Shown: in pieces, positions 17,317 to 29,133 of the stretch | Layout: every line of letters starts with the position of its first letter | How positions within the stretch are numbered: position 1 is the first letter of the stretch | From: Candidatus Poribacteria bacterium | Lineage (GTDB): Bacteria > Poribacteria > WGA-4E > PCPOR2b | Assembly (NCBI GenBank): GCA_965215015.1 | Contig: OZ244042.1 | Span: 1,984,001 to 2,048,000 of the forward strand | Direction: 5' to 3' | DNA length: 64,000 nt | Notes under the pieces: model-generated | What the model was told of the DNA's origin: nothing | Database searches by the model: none | The model's input: only the letters and a program-made list of their open reading frames with translations | Position numbers and translations under genes: made by a program

Positions 17317-18396
17317 ATGAAAACTTACCGCGCCGCTGTCATCGGTTGTAGCCGGATGGGGGCATTTATTGATAATGAAGTACCCGATTATCGAGCAATT
17401 CAGCTGCCGTATTCACATGCAGCTGGCTTTTATGCCGAAGAACGAACAGATCTTGTCGGTTGTTCAGATCTGCGTCCAGAAGTCATGGAGGCCTTCGGAG
17501 AACGGTATAATGTACCCAAGGGACGACAATACACCGACTATCGAGAACTCATTGACAAAGAGAACTTGGACATCGTGAGTGTCGCGACGCAGCCGGAACA
17601 CCGCGCCGAAGTTGTTATCTACGCTGTGGAGCATGGGGTCAAGGCAATCTACGCGGAAAAGGCGATGGCGGCTTCTATGGACGAAGCGGCTGCGATGGTA
17701 GAAGCGGTGGAACGCAACGGAGCCTTCTTCAATTTAGGCACAAATCGCCGTTGGCACACCGGTTTCGACAAGATGAAGGAGGTTATTGACAGCGGTGAGT
17801 TGGGAGCACTCAAGACGCTAATCATCTACGGAAACCACTCGCTCTTTAATGGCTCCAGTCATCAGTTCGATCTAATCTTGCGCCTGAACAGCGACCACCG
17901 CGCTTTGTGGGCATCCGCACATATCACCGATGATGATAGCATCTTCGACGGTGACATTGTTCGGGAAGATCCGAATGGCCACGGGATGATTCAATTTGAA
18001 AACGGCGTCACGGCACATGCCCTCCTCTCTCCGCGCGGCAGCGAATGGGAGGCAATCTGCGACAGAGGGACCGTAACATGCTGGAATAATGGTTGGCAGT
18101 GGCATATCCGACGTCAAGCCGACGTTCCGGGGTGGCGAAATTGTTTTGTGCCGGAGACTTTTCCTGAGTTTGAACGCACCAGCAGCACAGCGAATCTCAT
18201 CAAAGATTTGGTTCATTCACTCGACACCGGCGAACCATCACGCTGCGGCGTCCGCGTGGCACACGCAAGTACGGAATTAATCTTTGCGTTCATGGAATCG
18301 CACTTGCAGAACGGGGCAAGAGTCCAACTGCCATTGCAGGGGTCGAAGCTGCGGTTGGAGAGAGTGCGTGCTCCGAGGCAACCTAGGTTTGGATAG
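17317..18396 (+). CDS. Gfo/Idh/MocA family oxidoreductase
   Basis: AAVIGCSRMG, LDIVSVAT, AEKAMA, GELG. Confidence 0.9.
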   Translation: MKTYRAAVIGCSRMGAFIDNEVPDYRAIQLPYSHAAGFYAEERTDLVGCSDLRPEVMEAFGERYNVPKGRQYTDYRELIDKENLDIVSVATQPEHRAEVVIYAVEHGVKAIYAEKAMAASMDEAAAMVEAVERNGAFFNLGTNRRWHTGFDKMKEVIDSGELGALKTLIIYGNHSLFNGSSHQFDLILRLNSDHRALWASAHITDDDSIFDGDIVREDPNGHGMIQFENGVTAHALLSPRGSEWEAICDRGTVTCWNNGWQWHIRRQADVPGWRNCFVPETFPEFERTSSTANLIKDLVHSLDTGEPSRCGVRVAHASTELIFAFMESHLQNGARVQLPLQGSKLRLERVRAPRQPRFG

Positions 18397-18839
18397 AGCA
18401 TATTGACATTTGACAGTAGTACCCGTCGGTCGGGCAAGATGCCCGACCCCTCCACCCAGTTGAATAGCGGCAGGTAACTTGTAGGTCAAGATTCATATCT
18501 CGACACAAAAATGTCAATAGAACTAGAAAAACAAGCAGGACAATCGCATGTAAATATTATGTAGGACTGACTTTGATTGCAAAAATCATGTCCCATTCCC
18601 TACTGCGCATGAGTAGAACTTTGGGACATGACAAGGGCAATCTACTCATGGCACAGGGTTTCCTAACCTATGATCGGATCGGGATTAGGCAACCGCGATC
18701 TCATTGAGGACAGCCTCTACCCCACGGCAGGGGTTAAACCAACGTTTTGATTGCTCAGCTGCCTAATTCCTATAACAGATGCAATTCCCCTAAACAAACA
18801 AAGAAAGTCTCAAGAGCCTTGGTCAGCTGGATAATATGC

Positions 18840-18868
18840 TTGAGTTTGCCATTATGCAATGCTATAAT
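18840..18868 (+). promoter_or_regulatory. Putative sigma70 promoter of the R-M operon
   Basis: TTGAGT-17 nt-TATAAT with extended -10 TG. Confidence 0.5.
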
Positions 18869-18977
18869 GGTAATGCGTCCTAGCAATGTTAAACTAACGA
18901 AATGATTCGTAAGGTCTTGCTAATTCCTATGTTTATAGTGCAAGGTAACCGTATCTACAAGGTAAGTTAAGTAAAAG

Positions 18978-19949
18978 ATGAGATCACTAGTAAGTAAGTT
19001 CAAAACGGTCATAGAGAAAAATACCTTCTATTTCTCCGATATGGTGTTTGAGGAGGGATATGAAAGCTATTTGAACTCAGTAAGGGAAACGCTGCTTGTT
19101 CTCAAAAATAGTGTGGAAACAAGTGGTTTAAGGAAAGAACTTATTGAGGGGTTACTTCAAAAAGAAAACGGCTTGACCGCGCTATTAGCTCTGACCGGAT
19201 TTTCCAATGAATACCTCAAGCGACTGATTACAATCATTCGTGTTGTCGATGATTCAGAGTTGTCAAAGTTGGTATTAAAGGACGAGTGGCATTCCAATGA
19301 ATCATCAGCGTATCTCAAAGAGTGGTCAGATGCTCAGATAGCGAAGATGATCTGCCAAAACAAGTATTTCAGAAAAGGGATAGTGAACATCTTTTTTGAG
19401 GGCGCAACAATCCCCTTTTTGGCAAACACGATTCCTCTGTTTGAACTTAAAAAGCTGAGCATTTCCAAGTTGAAATTTGAAGTGCCAGCAATGATTGATA
19501 CCATGGTGCGGTATAAAGAGAAAGGTTCGTATTCTGGTAAGAAGAGTAACAATGCTGAGATTGTTATAGCGGAGTTGCTTGACAGGTTGGAACTTTCTTC
19601 TGAGACAGGTGATTTAGATAGACTTGCCAAGAGTGAATCAAACTTGAAAAGAACAGTGGACTTCATTATTCCTGATAAACAGAAACCACAAGTTATTATT
19701 GAATCTTCTTTTTTATCAACCACTTCCTCTGGACAAGGCGATAAATCAAAGACAGAAATAAACGTTTCTACGCTTATAAAGAAATATTATCCAGAGGCAA
19801 AATTCATCGGTTTTGTCGATGGCATTGGCTGGTACGTTCGCAACAACGATTTGAAGCGAATGGTAGCAGCTTACGAAGACGTTTTCACTTTTCATAAGGA
19901 AGAAATCTCGCGATTTGAGGAATTTTTGAGAAAGGAATTTCAAAGCTAG
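18978..19949 (+). CDS. Type II restriction endonuclease, DpnII-like PD-(D/E)xK fold
   Basis: KRTVDFIIP..IIESSF..TTSSGQGDK..FIGFVDGIGW; AT-rich; coupled to the methyltransferase. Confidence 0.75.
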   Translation: MRSLVSKFKTVIEKNTFYFSDMVFEEGYESYLNSVRETLLVLKNSVETSGLRKELIEGLLQKENGLTALLALTGFSNEYLKRLITIIRVVDDSELSKLVLKDEWHSNESSAYLKEWSDAQIAKMICQNKYFRKGIVNIFFEGATIPFLANTIPLFELKKLSISKLKFEVPAMIDTMVRYKEKGSYSGKKSNNAEIVIAELLDRLELSSETGDLDRLAKSESNLKRTVDFIIPDKQKPQVIIESSFLSTTSSGQGDKSKTEINVSTLIKKYYPEAKFIGFVDGIGWYVRNNDLKRMVAAYEDVFTFHKEEISRFEEFLRKEFQS

Positions 19950-20935
19950 TGGAAACATATACAGATCGAATTCTTCAAGGCGATTGTCTCGAATTGTTTC
20001 GCCAAATTCCCAATAACAGCGTCGACATAACCTTTGCCGACCCGCCCTTCAATCTAAAAAAGAAATATCACAGCACGAGAGATAGCCTTGAGTTGGAGGA
20101 ATATTTACACTGGTGCGAAAAATGGATTTTGGAGATGGTTCGTGTTACTAAAGAAACGGGATCAATCTTTGTACATAACATTCCTAAGTGGCTGACGTAC
20201 TATGCAGGCTTTTTGAACAAGTTAGCTGATTTTAAGCATTGGATTTCCTGGGAGGCCCCCACCGCACCGATGGGGAAGACACTTCAGCCTGCACATTACG
20301 GCATCCTATTTTATGCCAAAGATGCAAAGCAAAATAAATTTTACGAAATTCGTTATTCACACAAACGTTGTCGTAAATGTAACTATTTGCATAAGGACTA
20401 TGGTGGGAAAAAGGGGGGATTGCATCCTTTTGGACCGCTTGTTCCAGATACATGGACAGATATCCATCGGATAAAGCATAACAAATATCGCGATCCGCAT
20501 CCATGTCAATTGCCGATCCACCTGTTAGAACGCGTTATCTTAATGTCCACTGATGAAGGCGATACAGTGCTAGATCCGTTTTTGGGGACAGGAACAACAG
20601 CAATCGCTGCAAAGCGACTTGGACGACACTACGTCGGTTTTGAACTCGATGACGTTTACGCAACAATCGCCCATGATAAAGTAGAGCAGCTGACATCGAA
20701 CTCCCGGGTTGGAAATGTATGGGTCAGTGTTTACTTAGACGAAATTATCACACTCCGTGATCAAGATTGGGATGTATTGCAGCCAGAATTTCATATCCCT
20801 GAGTCTGCCAAAGCAATCGATTATACCAAAATATTGCTAAAAAGTAAAATACCGCTCATACCAACGGTTAGTCAACAGGAAACACACCAAGAAACACAAT
20901 TGCGATTGATAGAGAATCGCAAAAGATATAAGTAA
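19949..20935 (+). CDS. Amino (N4-C/N6-A) DNA methyltransferase, beta class
   Basis: DPPF motif IV before HPCQLP and DPFLGTGTT motif I; GTG start overlaps the upstream TAG. Confidence 0.93.
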   Translation: METYTDRILQGDCLELFRQIPNNSVDITFADPPFNLKKKYHSTRDSLELEEYLHWCEKWILEMVRVTKETGSIFVHNIPKWLTYYAGFLNKLADFKHWISWEAPTAPMGKTLQPAHYGILFYAKDAKQNKFYEIRYSHKRCRKCNYLHKDYGGKKGGLHPFGPLVPDTWTDIHRIKHNKYRDPHPCQLPIHLLERVILMSTDEGDTVLDPFLGTGTTAIAAKRLGRHYVGFELDDVYATIAHDKVEQLTSNSRVGNVWVSVYLDEIITLRDQDWDVLQPEFHIPESAKAIDYTKILLKSKIPLIPTVSQQETHQETQLRLIENRKRYK

Positions 20936-21071
20936 CGCAAATTGCTAGTAGTAGGCATACTCCGTATGCCGTAACCTCACCCCGTTTTCGCGTGGAAAAT
21001 GGGGGGCGTTTTTCCGCGTGTCAAATGTCAATAGAACCTAGCAACTTACGTCAAAAGTAAGGAGGGCTTTT

Positions 21072-22118
21072 ATGCCTACAATCGATCATGATGTTTTGAG
21101 GAAATTTGTTTATGATATGTACATCGGGGCCGGGGGTGTTGAGGAAGATGCACGCATCGTCAGCGATCATGTCGTAGATTCTAACCTGATGGGACACGAT
21201 TCGCACGGCGTAATCAACGCGCCCAACTACGCAGGTGGTATGAGCGGCCGCCCCTCAACAGATAAGATGGAAATTGTCCGTGAGACCCCTGCAACGGCGG
21301 TGATCAACGCGAACGGTGGGCTCGGCATGGTCATCGCTCAGAAAGCGATGGAGTTGGCAATTGAAAAGGCGAAAACGCACACATTCGGCGGAGTTGGACT
21401 CCACCGTTGTGGACATGCCGGACGGATGGGAACCTATCCCCCACTTGCCGCAAAGGAAGGAATGATTGGGCTCGTCTTCCTAAATGGCGGTGGACGATTT
21501 ATGCACCCCTTTGGCGGTACATCCCGGAAACTCCCACCCAACCCGATCGCCATCGCGGTCCCACGCAAAAATGGTGAACCGTTGATGCTCGATATGACGC
21601 TGAGTGTGGTTGCTGGCGGAAAGATACTGGTCAAACGCGCGCGCGACGAGGAGATGCCAGAAGGTTGGATGATCGATTCGGAAGGAAACACGGTCACCGA
21701 TCCGAACGCTTTTCTGGATCGTCATGATGATACGGCGGTGATGCCAGTCGGAGGTTTCCAATTCGGGCACAAGGGGTTTGGCTTAGGCTTTATGATCGAC
21801 GCCATCGCCGGTGGGCTTTCCTGGGCGGGTTGCAGCCGTCAAGAACCCACGCGTGGGGCAAGCGGGATTGTGATGCTCGCTATCAAGATTCAGGATTTCA
21901 TCGATCTGGATGTCTACCGGCAGGAGATCGAGTACCTCACGGAATGGATAAAGTCCTCTGAAAAGCTGCCCGGTGTTGATGAAGTTTTCGCTCCCGGTGA
22001 ATTTGAGGAACGGAATCGTGAACAGCGTCTGAAAGCGGGCATCCCAATCGAAGAAAAAACGTGGGATCGCCTCATTGAAGCGGCTGCCTCCTATGGTGTT
22101 TCAGTCCCCGAAGTCTAA
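21072..22118 (+). CDS. Ldh_2 family (malate/L-lactate/sulfolactate-type) oxidoreductase
   Basis: GHDSHG, HAGRMG, NPIAIAVP, LDM, GHKGFGL, PGE. Confidence 0.92.
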   Translation: MPTIDHDVLRKFVYDMYIGAGGVEEDARIVSDHVVDSNLMGHDSHGVINAPNYAGGMSGRPSTDKMEIVRETPATAVINANGGLGMVIAQKAMELAIEKAKTHTFGGVGLHRCGHAGRMGTYPPLAAKEGMIGLVFLNGGGRFMHPFGGTSRKLPPNPIAIAVPRKNGEPLMLDMTLSVVAGGKILVKRARDEEMPEGWMIDSEGNTVTDPNAFLDRHDDTAVMPVGGFQFGHKGFGLGFMIDAIAGGLSWAGCSRQEPTRGASGIVMLAIKIQDFIDLDVYRQEIEYLTEWIKSSEKLPGVDEVFAPGEFEERNREQRLKAGIPIEEKTWDRLIEAAASYGVSVPEV

Positions 22119-22426
22119 AAGCAAACAAACTTCACAGGCATAACACAAGTTGCCCCCTCGCATTTCCAATCCAATCGTAGCGTAGATTTCCCAACCTGTG
22201 AGTGCCTTGCAGGTTAGGGAACCTACGCCACCATCTATAGTGAAAGAGAGGGGCCTTGACAGACGGTGAGCCCCTGACTCTACAAGCCAATTGATGGTTT
22301 TTCAATAACTAGGTTCTGTTGACATTTGACTATCAAGCTTCCTAGCCCGAGCACCCTGAACCCTAACCCCCAATCTTGGGTATAGGGGTTGGATGACCCA
22401 CCTCCTATAAATCTAAAGATAAGAAG

Positions 22427-23587
22427 ATGATCACGAAGTTTGGTTCACTATTCGCAGGACATGTCGACCTAAAAGATATAGGATTCGATGGCCCCCCTGT
22501 TAACGAGCGTTGGCTCTCCGATGAACAGCTGGCAACCGTATTCGACAAGACTCAAGCCATTGCTCAGCTCATGGACCGCACCGGCTACGAGACCCTCTGG
22601 TTGGCTGAACACCACTTTCAGCGCGAGGGGTATGAATGCATCCCTAACATCCTGATGCTCGGCGTCCATCTCGCACACTTGACCCAGAGACTCAAAATTG
22701 GGTGTGCTTTCAACGTTACACCGATGTGGCATCCACTACGACTGGCAGAAGATTACGCGACTGCGGACATTCTCACGGGGGGGCGTATCGTCTTTGGCGT
22801 CGGGCGAGGCTACCATACACGCGAAGTGGAGGTCTTTGGGGCACCTCTGCTTGATGGAGACGCCAACCGCGAAATGTTTGAGGAGCAAGTTGACATCATC
22901 TTCAAGGCGTTCAATGAGCAATCCTTCTCCCACCACGGCATGTACTACAACATCCCGCCCCCAGTTCCGTATCGTGGGTATGAATTAGAGGAGGTTACAC
23001 TGGTGCCCCGACCGCTCAATCGACCTGTCGAGTGCTGGCAGCCCATCGTCAGTGCCAGCGAACGTGGACTCAATCTTATGGCAAAATACCGCATCAAGGG
23101 GATGATCGGCGGCGGGGCTGCTGCGGGTGGTGCTGCGGAAAAGGTTATACAGGCTTGGCAACTGGTGCAAGCGAATCACGGCAGAGAAATGGAACTCGGC
23201 GGAGACCTTATTATCGGATTCTCCTACCATATTGCCGATACAGAGGAAAAGGCGATCGAGGAGGCCAGTAGATACTTTGAAGAACACATGAAGATGTTCG
23301 CACCTCTAGGATTCGTGCGTGGATTGACGGAGGACCAGATTGCGGCGACGGCAGATCCGCAACAGGCGCGCACCGCCGGGTTGCCGACGCTGCAAGACGC
23401 GGTGAAAGCAGGCTCGTGGCTATGCGGACCGCCGGAGCTGATTATTGAAAAACTGATGGACGTTCAGAAACGCTATCCTGGACTGGATCAGGTGAGCGTC
23501 AACAATGCCGTGGGCACACCCGAAAGTGTGATTTTGGAGCAGCTCGACCAGTTTGCCAAGGAGGTCATGCCCGCATTCAAAAACTAG
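22427..23587 (+). CDS. Luciferase-like (LLM) flavin-dependent oxidoreductase
   Basis: WLAEHHF, HPLRLAEDYATADILTGGR, GVGRGY, FAKEVMP. Confidence 0.92.
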   Translation: MITKFGSLFAGHVDLKDIGFDGPPVNERWLSDEQLATVFDKTQAIAQLMDRTGYETLWLAEHHFQREGYECIPNILMLGVHLAHLTQRLKIGCAFNVTPMWHPLRLAEDYATADILTGGRIVFGVGRGYHTREVEVFGAPLLDGDANREMFEEQVDIIFKAFNEQSFSHHGMYYNIPPPVPYRGYELEEVTLVPRPLNRPVECWQPIVSASERGLNLMAKYRIKGMIGGGAAAGGAAEKVIQAWQLVQANHGREMELGGDLIIGFSYHIADTEEKAIEEASRYFEEHMKMFAPLGFVRGLTEDQIAATADPQQARTAGLPTLQDAVKAGSWLCGPPELIIEKLMDVQKRYPGLDQVSVNNAVGTPESVILEQLDQFAKEVMPAFKN

Positions 23588-23869
23588 GGCTAGCAGTTAC
23601 GCAGTTAAAGTGTGAAGCCATTGAGCCAGATAAGTTCTGAAGTGACATAAATATAATTGTTTGTAATTTTTTTCTAACACAATCGGCAGTCTACAACAAA
23701 ATGCTTCATTCTGAGATAGGAACAATTTCCCCATTTTCGCGTGGAAAACATAACTTTTTTAATCTCGCTCATGTTAAGAAATAGTCTTGTGCTTTCCTTT
23801 GCCGTAAGCCTTCTACTTTTATCTCTGAAATCAGCGAAATCTGCGTCTGTGCTAGTGCATTAGCTTGCC

Positions 23870-25111
23870 CTACTTCTCTAGAACCATACCTTCCCGCCCG
23901 ATGCGTTCAAGCATTGCCCGGTAAGCTGGAGTGCCATCATCATCCCAGTATTCAGTCTCAATAGGGGCGTCATAACTCATGGGGACCAACCCGCCACGCC
24001 AATCTGGCCTTACCATGAAGTGACGAGTGTTAGCGGGATCATAGCGATTATACATCATTGAACCGTTGGCAAAACGGGACCTGATAATCCACGGTGCCTG
24101 CGCCGGTAACTCCAGATGCTTCAGTCGCTCCAGCGCATCATGATCCAGTGTGAGACCCAGCCCGGGTGCTTCCGGCACGCGAACAAATCCGTTGACTGGA
24201 TCTAGTCTCTCCTTCACAACATCGCTTTTATAGATTTCCGTGGTAGTGACAAAGTGGAAGGTCGCTGTAGGAAAAACCGCCATCATGTGTGTGGTCATCG
24301 CTCGGGTGATAGTACCCCCCACGTTTTGTAACATGAAGGGGATATTGCCCGCAGCGAAGAGACCGGCACAACGTATGGCTGCACCAATCTTCTGGTGACC
24401 CCGCATATACACATCCCCAGCCCCCATCAGTACCTCGTAGGTGGCATCCAATGGTGCTTGGTGGCGCACGATGGGCAGCGGTACTCGATGGCGCAGCTCA
24501 ATTGAAGCGAGCGTATCCCCGGCATCAATGCAATCCTCAAAGCAGCCGGCAATAGGAGACTGCGCTAATTTGCCTAGTAATTCTGGCATGTAGTCATTCG
24601 TCCCGCCCCCGGTGAAGTCGTAGTGAATCCTGAAACCCTTGGGTGCCACTGCCTCCATAGCCTTGGTCTGGTCAAAGACATTTTCAAAAGGCGAAAGGTG
24701 ATATTTCATCCAAGTATAGCCCTGCGCTGCGTACTGCTCCACAGCCTCCGCCATACGCCGGGGATGGGTTGACACCGTCCAACTGCTCACCGGGACCCAT
24801 GAGCGAGTTTTCTGCCCAAAGAGCTGATAGATTGGCACACCGGCGGCTTGCCCCATTAAATCGTACATGGCTGTCCCCAAAGCCAGCGAGGTTTCGTCTC
24901 CGACCCATTTGAAGGGGTTAGTGCCGATATACTGGTCAATGACCTCCTGAGGTTCGGAGCCGCCGCCCTCCCCAAGCCCCACTCGTCCGTCGTCTGTATG
25001 CACCACATACACTGTGCGACCAGCGGGCCCTGAGTAGTGGTTCATCTGGTAGGCGATCCAGTCTTGGTATTCGGGGGTAATCTTATGGACTTCGATTTCA
25101 GTAACTTTCAT
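23870..25111 (-). CDS. Enolase superfamily (mandelate racemase/MLE-like) protein
   Basis: VHTDDGRVGLGE, AMYDLMGQAAGVPIYQLFG, VPEAPGLG. Confidence 0.88.
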   Translation of the reverse strand: MKVTEIEVHKITPEYQDWIAYQMNHYSGPAGRTVYVVHTDDGRVGLGEGGGSEPQEVIDQYIGTNPFKWVGDETSLALGTAMYDLMGQAAGVPIYQLFGQKTRSWVPVSSWTVSTHPRRMAEAVEQYAAQGYTWMKYHLSPFENVFDQTKAMEAVAPKGFRIHYDFTGGGTNDYMPELLGKLAQSPIAGCFEDCIDAGDTLASIELRHRVPLPIVRHQAPLDATYEVLMGAGDVYMRGHQKIGAAIRCAGLFAAGNIPFMLQNVGGTITRAMTTHMMAVFPTATFHFVTTTEIYKSDVVKERLDPVNGFVRVPEAPGLGLTLDHDALERLKHLELPAQAPWIIRSRFANGSMMYNRYDPANTRHFMVRPDWRGGLVPMSYDAPIETEYWDDDGTPAYRAMLERIGREGMVLEK

Positions 25112-25144
25112 ATGGTTCTCCTGTTAGGGCACCACTAATTAATC

Positions 25145-25394
25145 GAGGGGTGCTCATAATAATTGTCTGAATCGCAGATGCAGCAGCTGACGCAGCAAAC
25201 ACCGATATACAATAGATAGGGGGCTCAGGCGGTAGATGGGGCACGATGCCCCACCGACGGGGTTAGAGATATTTTGTTTTTCCCAATTCGGGGTACGAGC
25301 TTAATGAAAGTTGGGTGTTGGCCAAGTAATACGCCATAACAGTTGTGGGATTTACGGCAAGCGGACCGTGCCTACTACTTTATGAGTACCCCTC
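25145..25394. mobile_element. MITE family A copy
   Basis: GAGGGGTGCTCATAA ... TTATGAGTACCCCTC. Confidence 0.78.
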
Positions 25395-25668
25395 AAGTAA
25401 GCTCCGGTGATAGATTTTAAATCATTGCATAAAGTTGCGGCAACCGAGGCCGGCCTTCACGTTCGCTACAGCATAGCACTTTATATCCGCTGTGTCATTA
25501 GAAAGTTGACAGTAGACCATTCTTCTCTTGACGTTCAAATGAATTTCTGCGAAAATAATATGGTAAATGTCAAAAAGATGGTTGCGTAGTGGCAACTTCA
25601 GTTACTCTTGTTACGATCCCTAACATAATGCTCGAAAATCCGTATCAAAAAGATCGAGGTGATTCACT

Positions 25669-26580
25669 ATGAACTACGATACGACGAATCGAACTTTTGA
25701 CTGCGAACCTACCCTCACCGACACACAGGTTCTGCAATTTTGTCGAGATGGTTTCTTAACCTTGGAGGGGGTTGTCCCCGATCACATCAACCAGCGCGCC
25801 TGCGATTACTTGAGAGGAAAAATACCGGCTAACCCCAGTTACATTCCTAAAGGGCTTACCAAAGCGGATTTAGAACGAATCCGTAACTCCCATGAACCGA
25901 GCACAATCCTTCTTGAGGATTGGTTCATTGAGCATGTCCTTCTCAATCAACAAGTCGCTGGTGCCCTGCGGTCACTGCTCGGTAAGAATGTGGGGTTACC
26001 TGTACTAGTGAGCGATCACAGTATTGAATGTCCCGCACCCGCCCAAGGGTGGCATCAGGATGCCGACCACATCTTCGGACCGGAAGTTAATTTCATTGAG
26101 GTTTTTTATTTTCCACAAGATACACCCCTGATGATGGGACCCACTGAGATTGTACCCGGAACGCACCTCGGGCCCACCCAACGTGACCCATCGGATTCAG
26201 GGGTGCCAACCAGTGGACCCCCTGGAACATTTGCCCTTCACTCTCAAAGTATTCTACATCGCAGAGGTGAATCAACTGGAAAAGGGCTGCGCCACATGCT
26301 GAAATACAATTACTGGCGGACAGTACCCCCAGAAAGAGATTGGATTATTGAACCGGGCTTTGATTTTCAGCGAGCCTATTACGGAGGCCATCGCGTTGCC
26401 AGATACATTGCTCACATGTTTTATTGGTTATGTGGCAAGGGCAATGAATTTCGGGTTATCGGCGGACAGGGGTGGCCCTGGTCAACTGAGAACCAAATTG
26501 GACCATCTTATGGATTTGGAGCGGTCGGAGGATACCTACCGGATTGGCGTCAGAATAATCGTGATGGCTACGCAAATTAG
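25669..26580 (+). CDS. Phytanoyl-CoA dioxygenase (PhyH) family Fe(II)/2OG enzyme
   Basis: QFCRDGF, QGWHQD, GPTEIVPGTH, ILHR. Confidence 0.88.
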   Translation: MNYDTTNRTFDCEPTLTDTQVLQFCRDGFLTLEGVVPDHINQRACDYLRGKIPANPSYIPKGLTKADLERIRNSHEPSTILLEDWFIEHVLLNQQVAGALRSLLGKNVGLPVLVSDHSIECPAPAQGWHQDADHIFGPEVNFIEVFYFPQDTPLMMGPTEIVPGTHLGPTQRDPSDSGVPTSGPPGTFALHSQSILHRRGESTGKGLRHMLKYNYWRTVPPERDWIIEPGFDFQRAYYGGHRVARYIAHMFYWLCGKGNEFRVIGGQGWPWSTENQIGPSYGFGAVGGYLPDWRQNNRDGYAN

Positions 26581-26610
26581 AGTGGTTTACTTAATCAAGG
26601 AGGAGAAAAC

Positions 26611-26928
26611 ATGTACGTCATAGTCGCACCAATTCAGATTAAGGAAGGACACAGGGAAGCGTTCATCGAAGCCATGCTCGACGATGCCAAAGGCTCAGTG
26701 AACCATGAGCCCGGCTGTCTGAGGTTTGATGTCATTCAGGACGGTGCAGATCCCAACCGGATTTGGCTCTACGAGATTTACGTGGACGAGGCGGCTTTCC
26801 AAGCCCATCTGCAAGCACCTCACTTCATAAAGTGGCGGGATACGGTCAAAGACTGGTTTGCTGACGGGCCCAAAGGGGCAGGAGGAGGAAGTTACAATAT
26901 CTGGCCCCCCGATGATGAGTGGAAGTAG
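26611..26928 (+). CDS. ABM/LsrG-like monooxygenase family protein
   Basis: EPGCLRFDVIQD..LYEIY..AFQAHLQAPHF. Confidence 0.9.
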   Translation: MYVIVAPIQIKEGHREAFIEAMLDDAKGSVNHEPGCLRFDVIQDGADPNRIWLYEIYVDEAAFQAHLQAPHFIKWRDTVKDWFADGPKGAGGGSYNIWPPDDEWK

Positions 26929-27034
26929 TATCGTCCCTACACGCTTGGCGTACTCTCAAGCGTTGCACCTGGAAGTACGTCAAGTTTTCAATCACAGAGA
27001 AAATCACAGCAGCATTATTACCTAAAATATCTTC

Positions 27035-29023
27035 TCAAAATTCCCGTTTCAGCTCCTCAATCCCATCCCGCAAAGTCGCCGCTTTTTCAAACTCCAGATT
27101 CGCCGCCGCTTCCTGCATCTGTTTCGTGAAATCCGCAATCAAGGCATGGATTTCTGCCTCAGAGGTCGCCTCCGAAATGTTGATGCCCAGAGAATCCGAC
27201 GGTTCGTCATCATCGTCAATAAGTTCACTGATAAGATCTCGAATTTCCTTATCAATTGTCGCTGGCGTGATGCCATGTGCTTGATTGTAAACCATCTGAA
27301 TTTCGCGACGCCGTTCCGTTTCATTGATAGCATTGCGGATAGCCTCGGTGATTTCATCGGCATACAAGATGACCTCGCCATCAAGATTTCGAGCCGCACG
27401 ACCCGCAGTTTGAATCAGAGACGTTTCCGATCGAAGAAAGCCCGCCCGGTCCGCATCAAGAATAGCAACCAGTGATACCTCTGGCAAATCCAAACCCTCG
27501 CGGAGCAGGTTAATCCCGACAAGGACATCAAAGCTACCCTGTCGAAGTGATTTTAAGATTCGCGCCCGGTCTAAGGTATCAATGTCTGAATGGAGATATT
27601 CGGCCTTGATACCAGCTTCGGTGAGGTAATCGGTCAAATCTTCAGCCATGCGCTTCGTGAGGGTTGTAACAAGTACTCGCTGCCTTTGAGCAACCCGTCC
27701 ATTGATAACCCCAATAAGGTGGTCAATCTGTCCTTCCACCGGATAGACCGAAATTTTTGGGTCAATTAAGCCTGTAGGACGAATAATTTGTTCGACCACT
27801 TGTGTGCCGTGCTGAAGCTCATAAGGTCCCGGTGTCGCGGAAACAAACACCGCTCGAAGGAGATACGATTCAAACTCCTCAAACCGTAAGGGGCGATTAT
27901 CCAGTGCCGATGGCAGACGGAAGCCGTAGTCCACCAATGTCTGTTTGCGGGCACGGTCTCCCCGATACATTCCACGAATTTGCGGTAGGGTCACATGGGA
28001 TTCATCAATAATCATCAGATAGTCATCGGGAAAGTAGTTGAGTAGGCAGTAAGGGGGCTCCCCGGGGACTAGCCCTGAGAAATGGCGCGAATAGTTCTCG
28101 ATGCCTTGACAGTAACCAACTTCCCGCATCATTTCAAGATCAAACCGGGTTCGTTGTTCAATCCGTTGGGCTTCCAACAGTTTGTTGTTAGCAATGAAGG
28201 CATCAATCCGATCCTGCAATTCAGTTTCAATGTCCGACAGGGCTTGTTCAAACCGTTCAGCATCCGTCATGAAGTGCCTAGCAGGGAAAAGCATGATTGT
28301 CTCATGTTCCTCTAAGATTTCGCCCGTCAGTGTATTAATCTCGGTAAGCCGCTCAACCTCGTCGCCGAAAAGTTCGATCCGGTAGGCGGTGTCCTCATAC
28401 GCAGGGAAAACCTCGATCACGTCACCGCGGGCGCGGAAACTCCCACGCGAAAAATCGATGTCGTTCCGATCGTATCGAATATCCACAAATGCACGTAGAA
28501 GTTTATTCCTTTTGATAATATCTCCACGGCTTACCTCAACCCGCTGAGTATCGTACTCCTTGGGAGAGCCAATGCCGTAGATGCAAGAGACACTAGCAAC
28601 GATGATAACGTCACGTCGTGTGAGCAGCGAGGCCGTCGAAGCAAGACGGAGCCGATCGATCTCCTCGTTAATCTGTATATCTTTTTCAATATAGGTATCT
28701 GTGGTCGGCAGGTATGCCTCAGGTTGGTAGTAATCGTAGTAGCTCACGAAGTAGTGGACAGCGTTGTTCGGGAAAAATTCCCGGAACTCGCTATACAACT
28801 GTGCGGCAAGGGTTTTGTTGTGGGAGACAACTAACGTGGGACGCTGCAAATTTGCAATGACGTGCGCCATCGTGAAGGTTTTTCCCGAACCTGTAACGCC
28901 CAACAATGTTTGAACGTTGTTCTCCTTTTGCAGAAAACCTTCTGTAAGCGTCTGAATCGCCTGCGGCTGATCTCCTTGCGGCGTATAGTCTGAAACTAAC
29001 TCAAACTTTTCCATGTTTTTCAT
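27035..29023 (-). CDS. uvrB: Excinuclease ABC subunit B
   Basis: [33 protein letters not shown]-terminal UVR motif. Confidence 0.99.
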   Translation of the reverse strand: MKNMEKFELVSDYTPQGDQPQAIQTLTEGFLQKENNVQTLLGVTGSGKTFTMAHVIANLQRPTLVVSHNKTLAAQLYSEFREFFPNNAVHYFVSYYDYYQPEAYLPTTDTYIEKDIQINEEIDRLRLASTASLLTRRDVIIVASVSCIYGIGSPKEYDTQRVEVSRGDIIKRNKLLRAFVDIRYDRNDIDFSRGSFRARGDVIEVFPAYEDTAYRIELFGDEVERLTEINTLTGEILEEHETIMLFPARHFMTDAERFEQALSDIETELQDRIDAFIANNKLLEAQRIEQRTRFDLEMMREVGYCQGIENYSRHFSGLVPGEPPYCLLNYFPDDYLMIIDESHVTLPQIRGMYRGDRARKQTLVDYGFRLPSALDNRPLRFEEFESYLLRAVFVSATPGPYELQHGTQVVEQIIRPTGLIDPKISVYPVEGQIDHLIGVINGRVAQRQRVLVTTLTKRMAEDLTDYLTEAGIKAEYLHSDIDTLDRARILKSLRQGSFDVLVGINLLREGLDLPEVSLVAILDADRAGFLRSETSLIQTAGRAARNLDGEVILYADEITEAIRNAINETERRREIQMVYNQAHGITPATIDKEIRDLISELIDDDDEPSDSLGINISEATSEAEIHALIADFTKQMQEAAANLEFEKAATLRDGIEELKREF

Positions 29024-29133
29024 TTTCCTAGTAGTATTATACGGAATAACGATCGTAAGCCCCAGGCATCAGTTGAATCTTCGCCGTAAAAAATTCGATT
29101 TCTCCCTCTTCCTTCACGTTTTTCGCTCACGCC

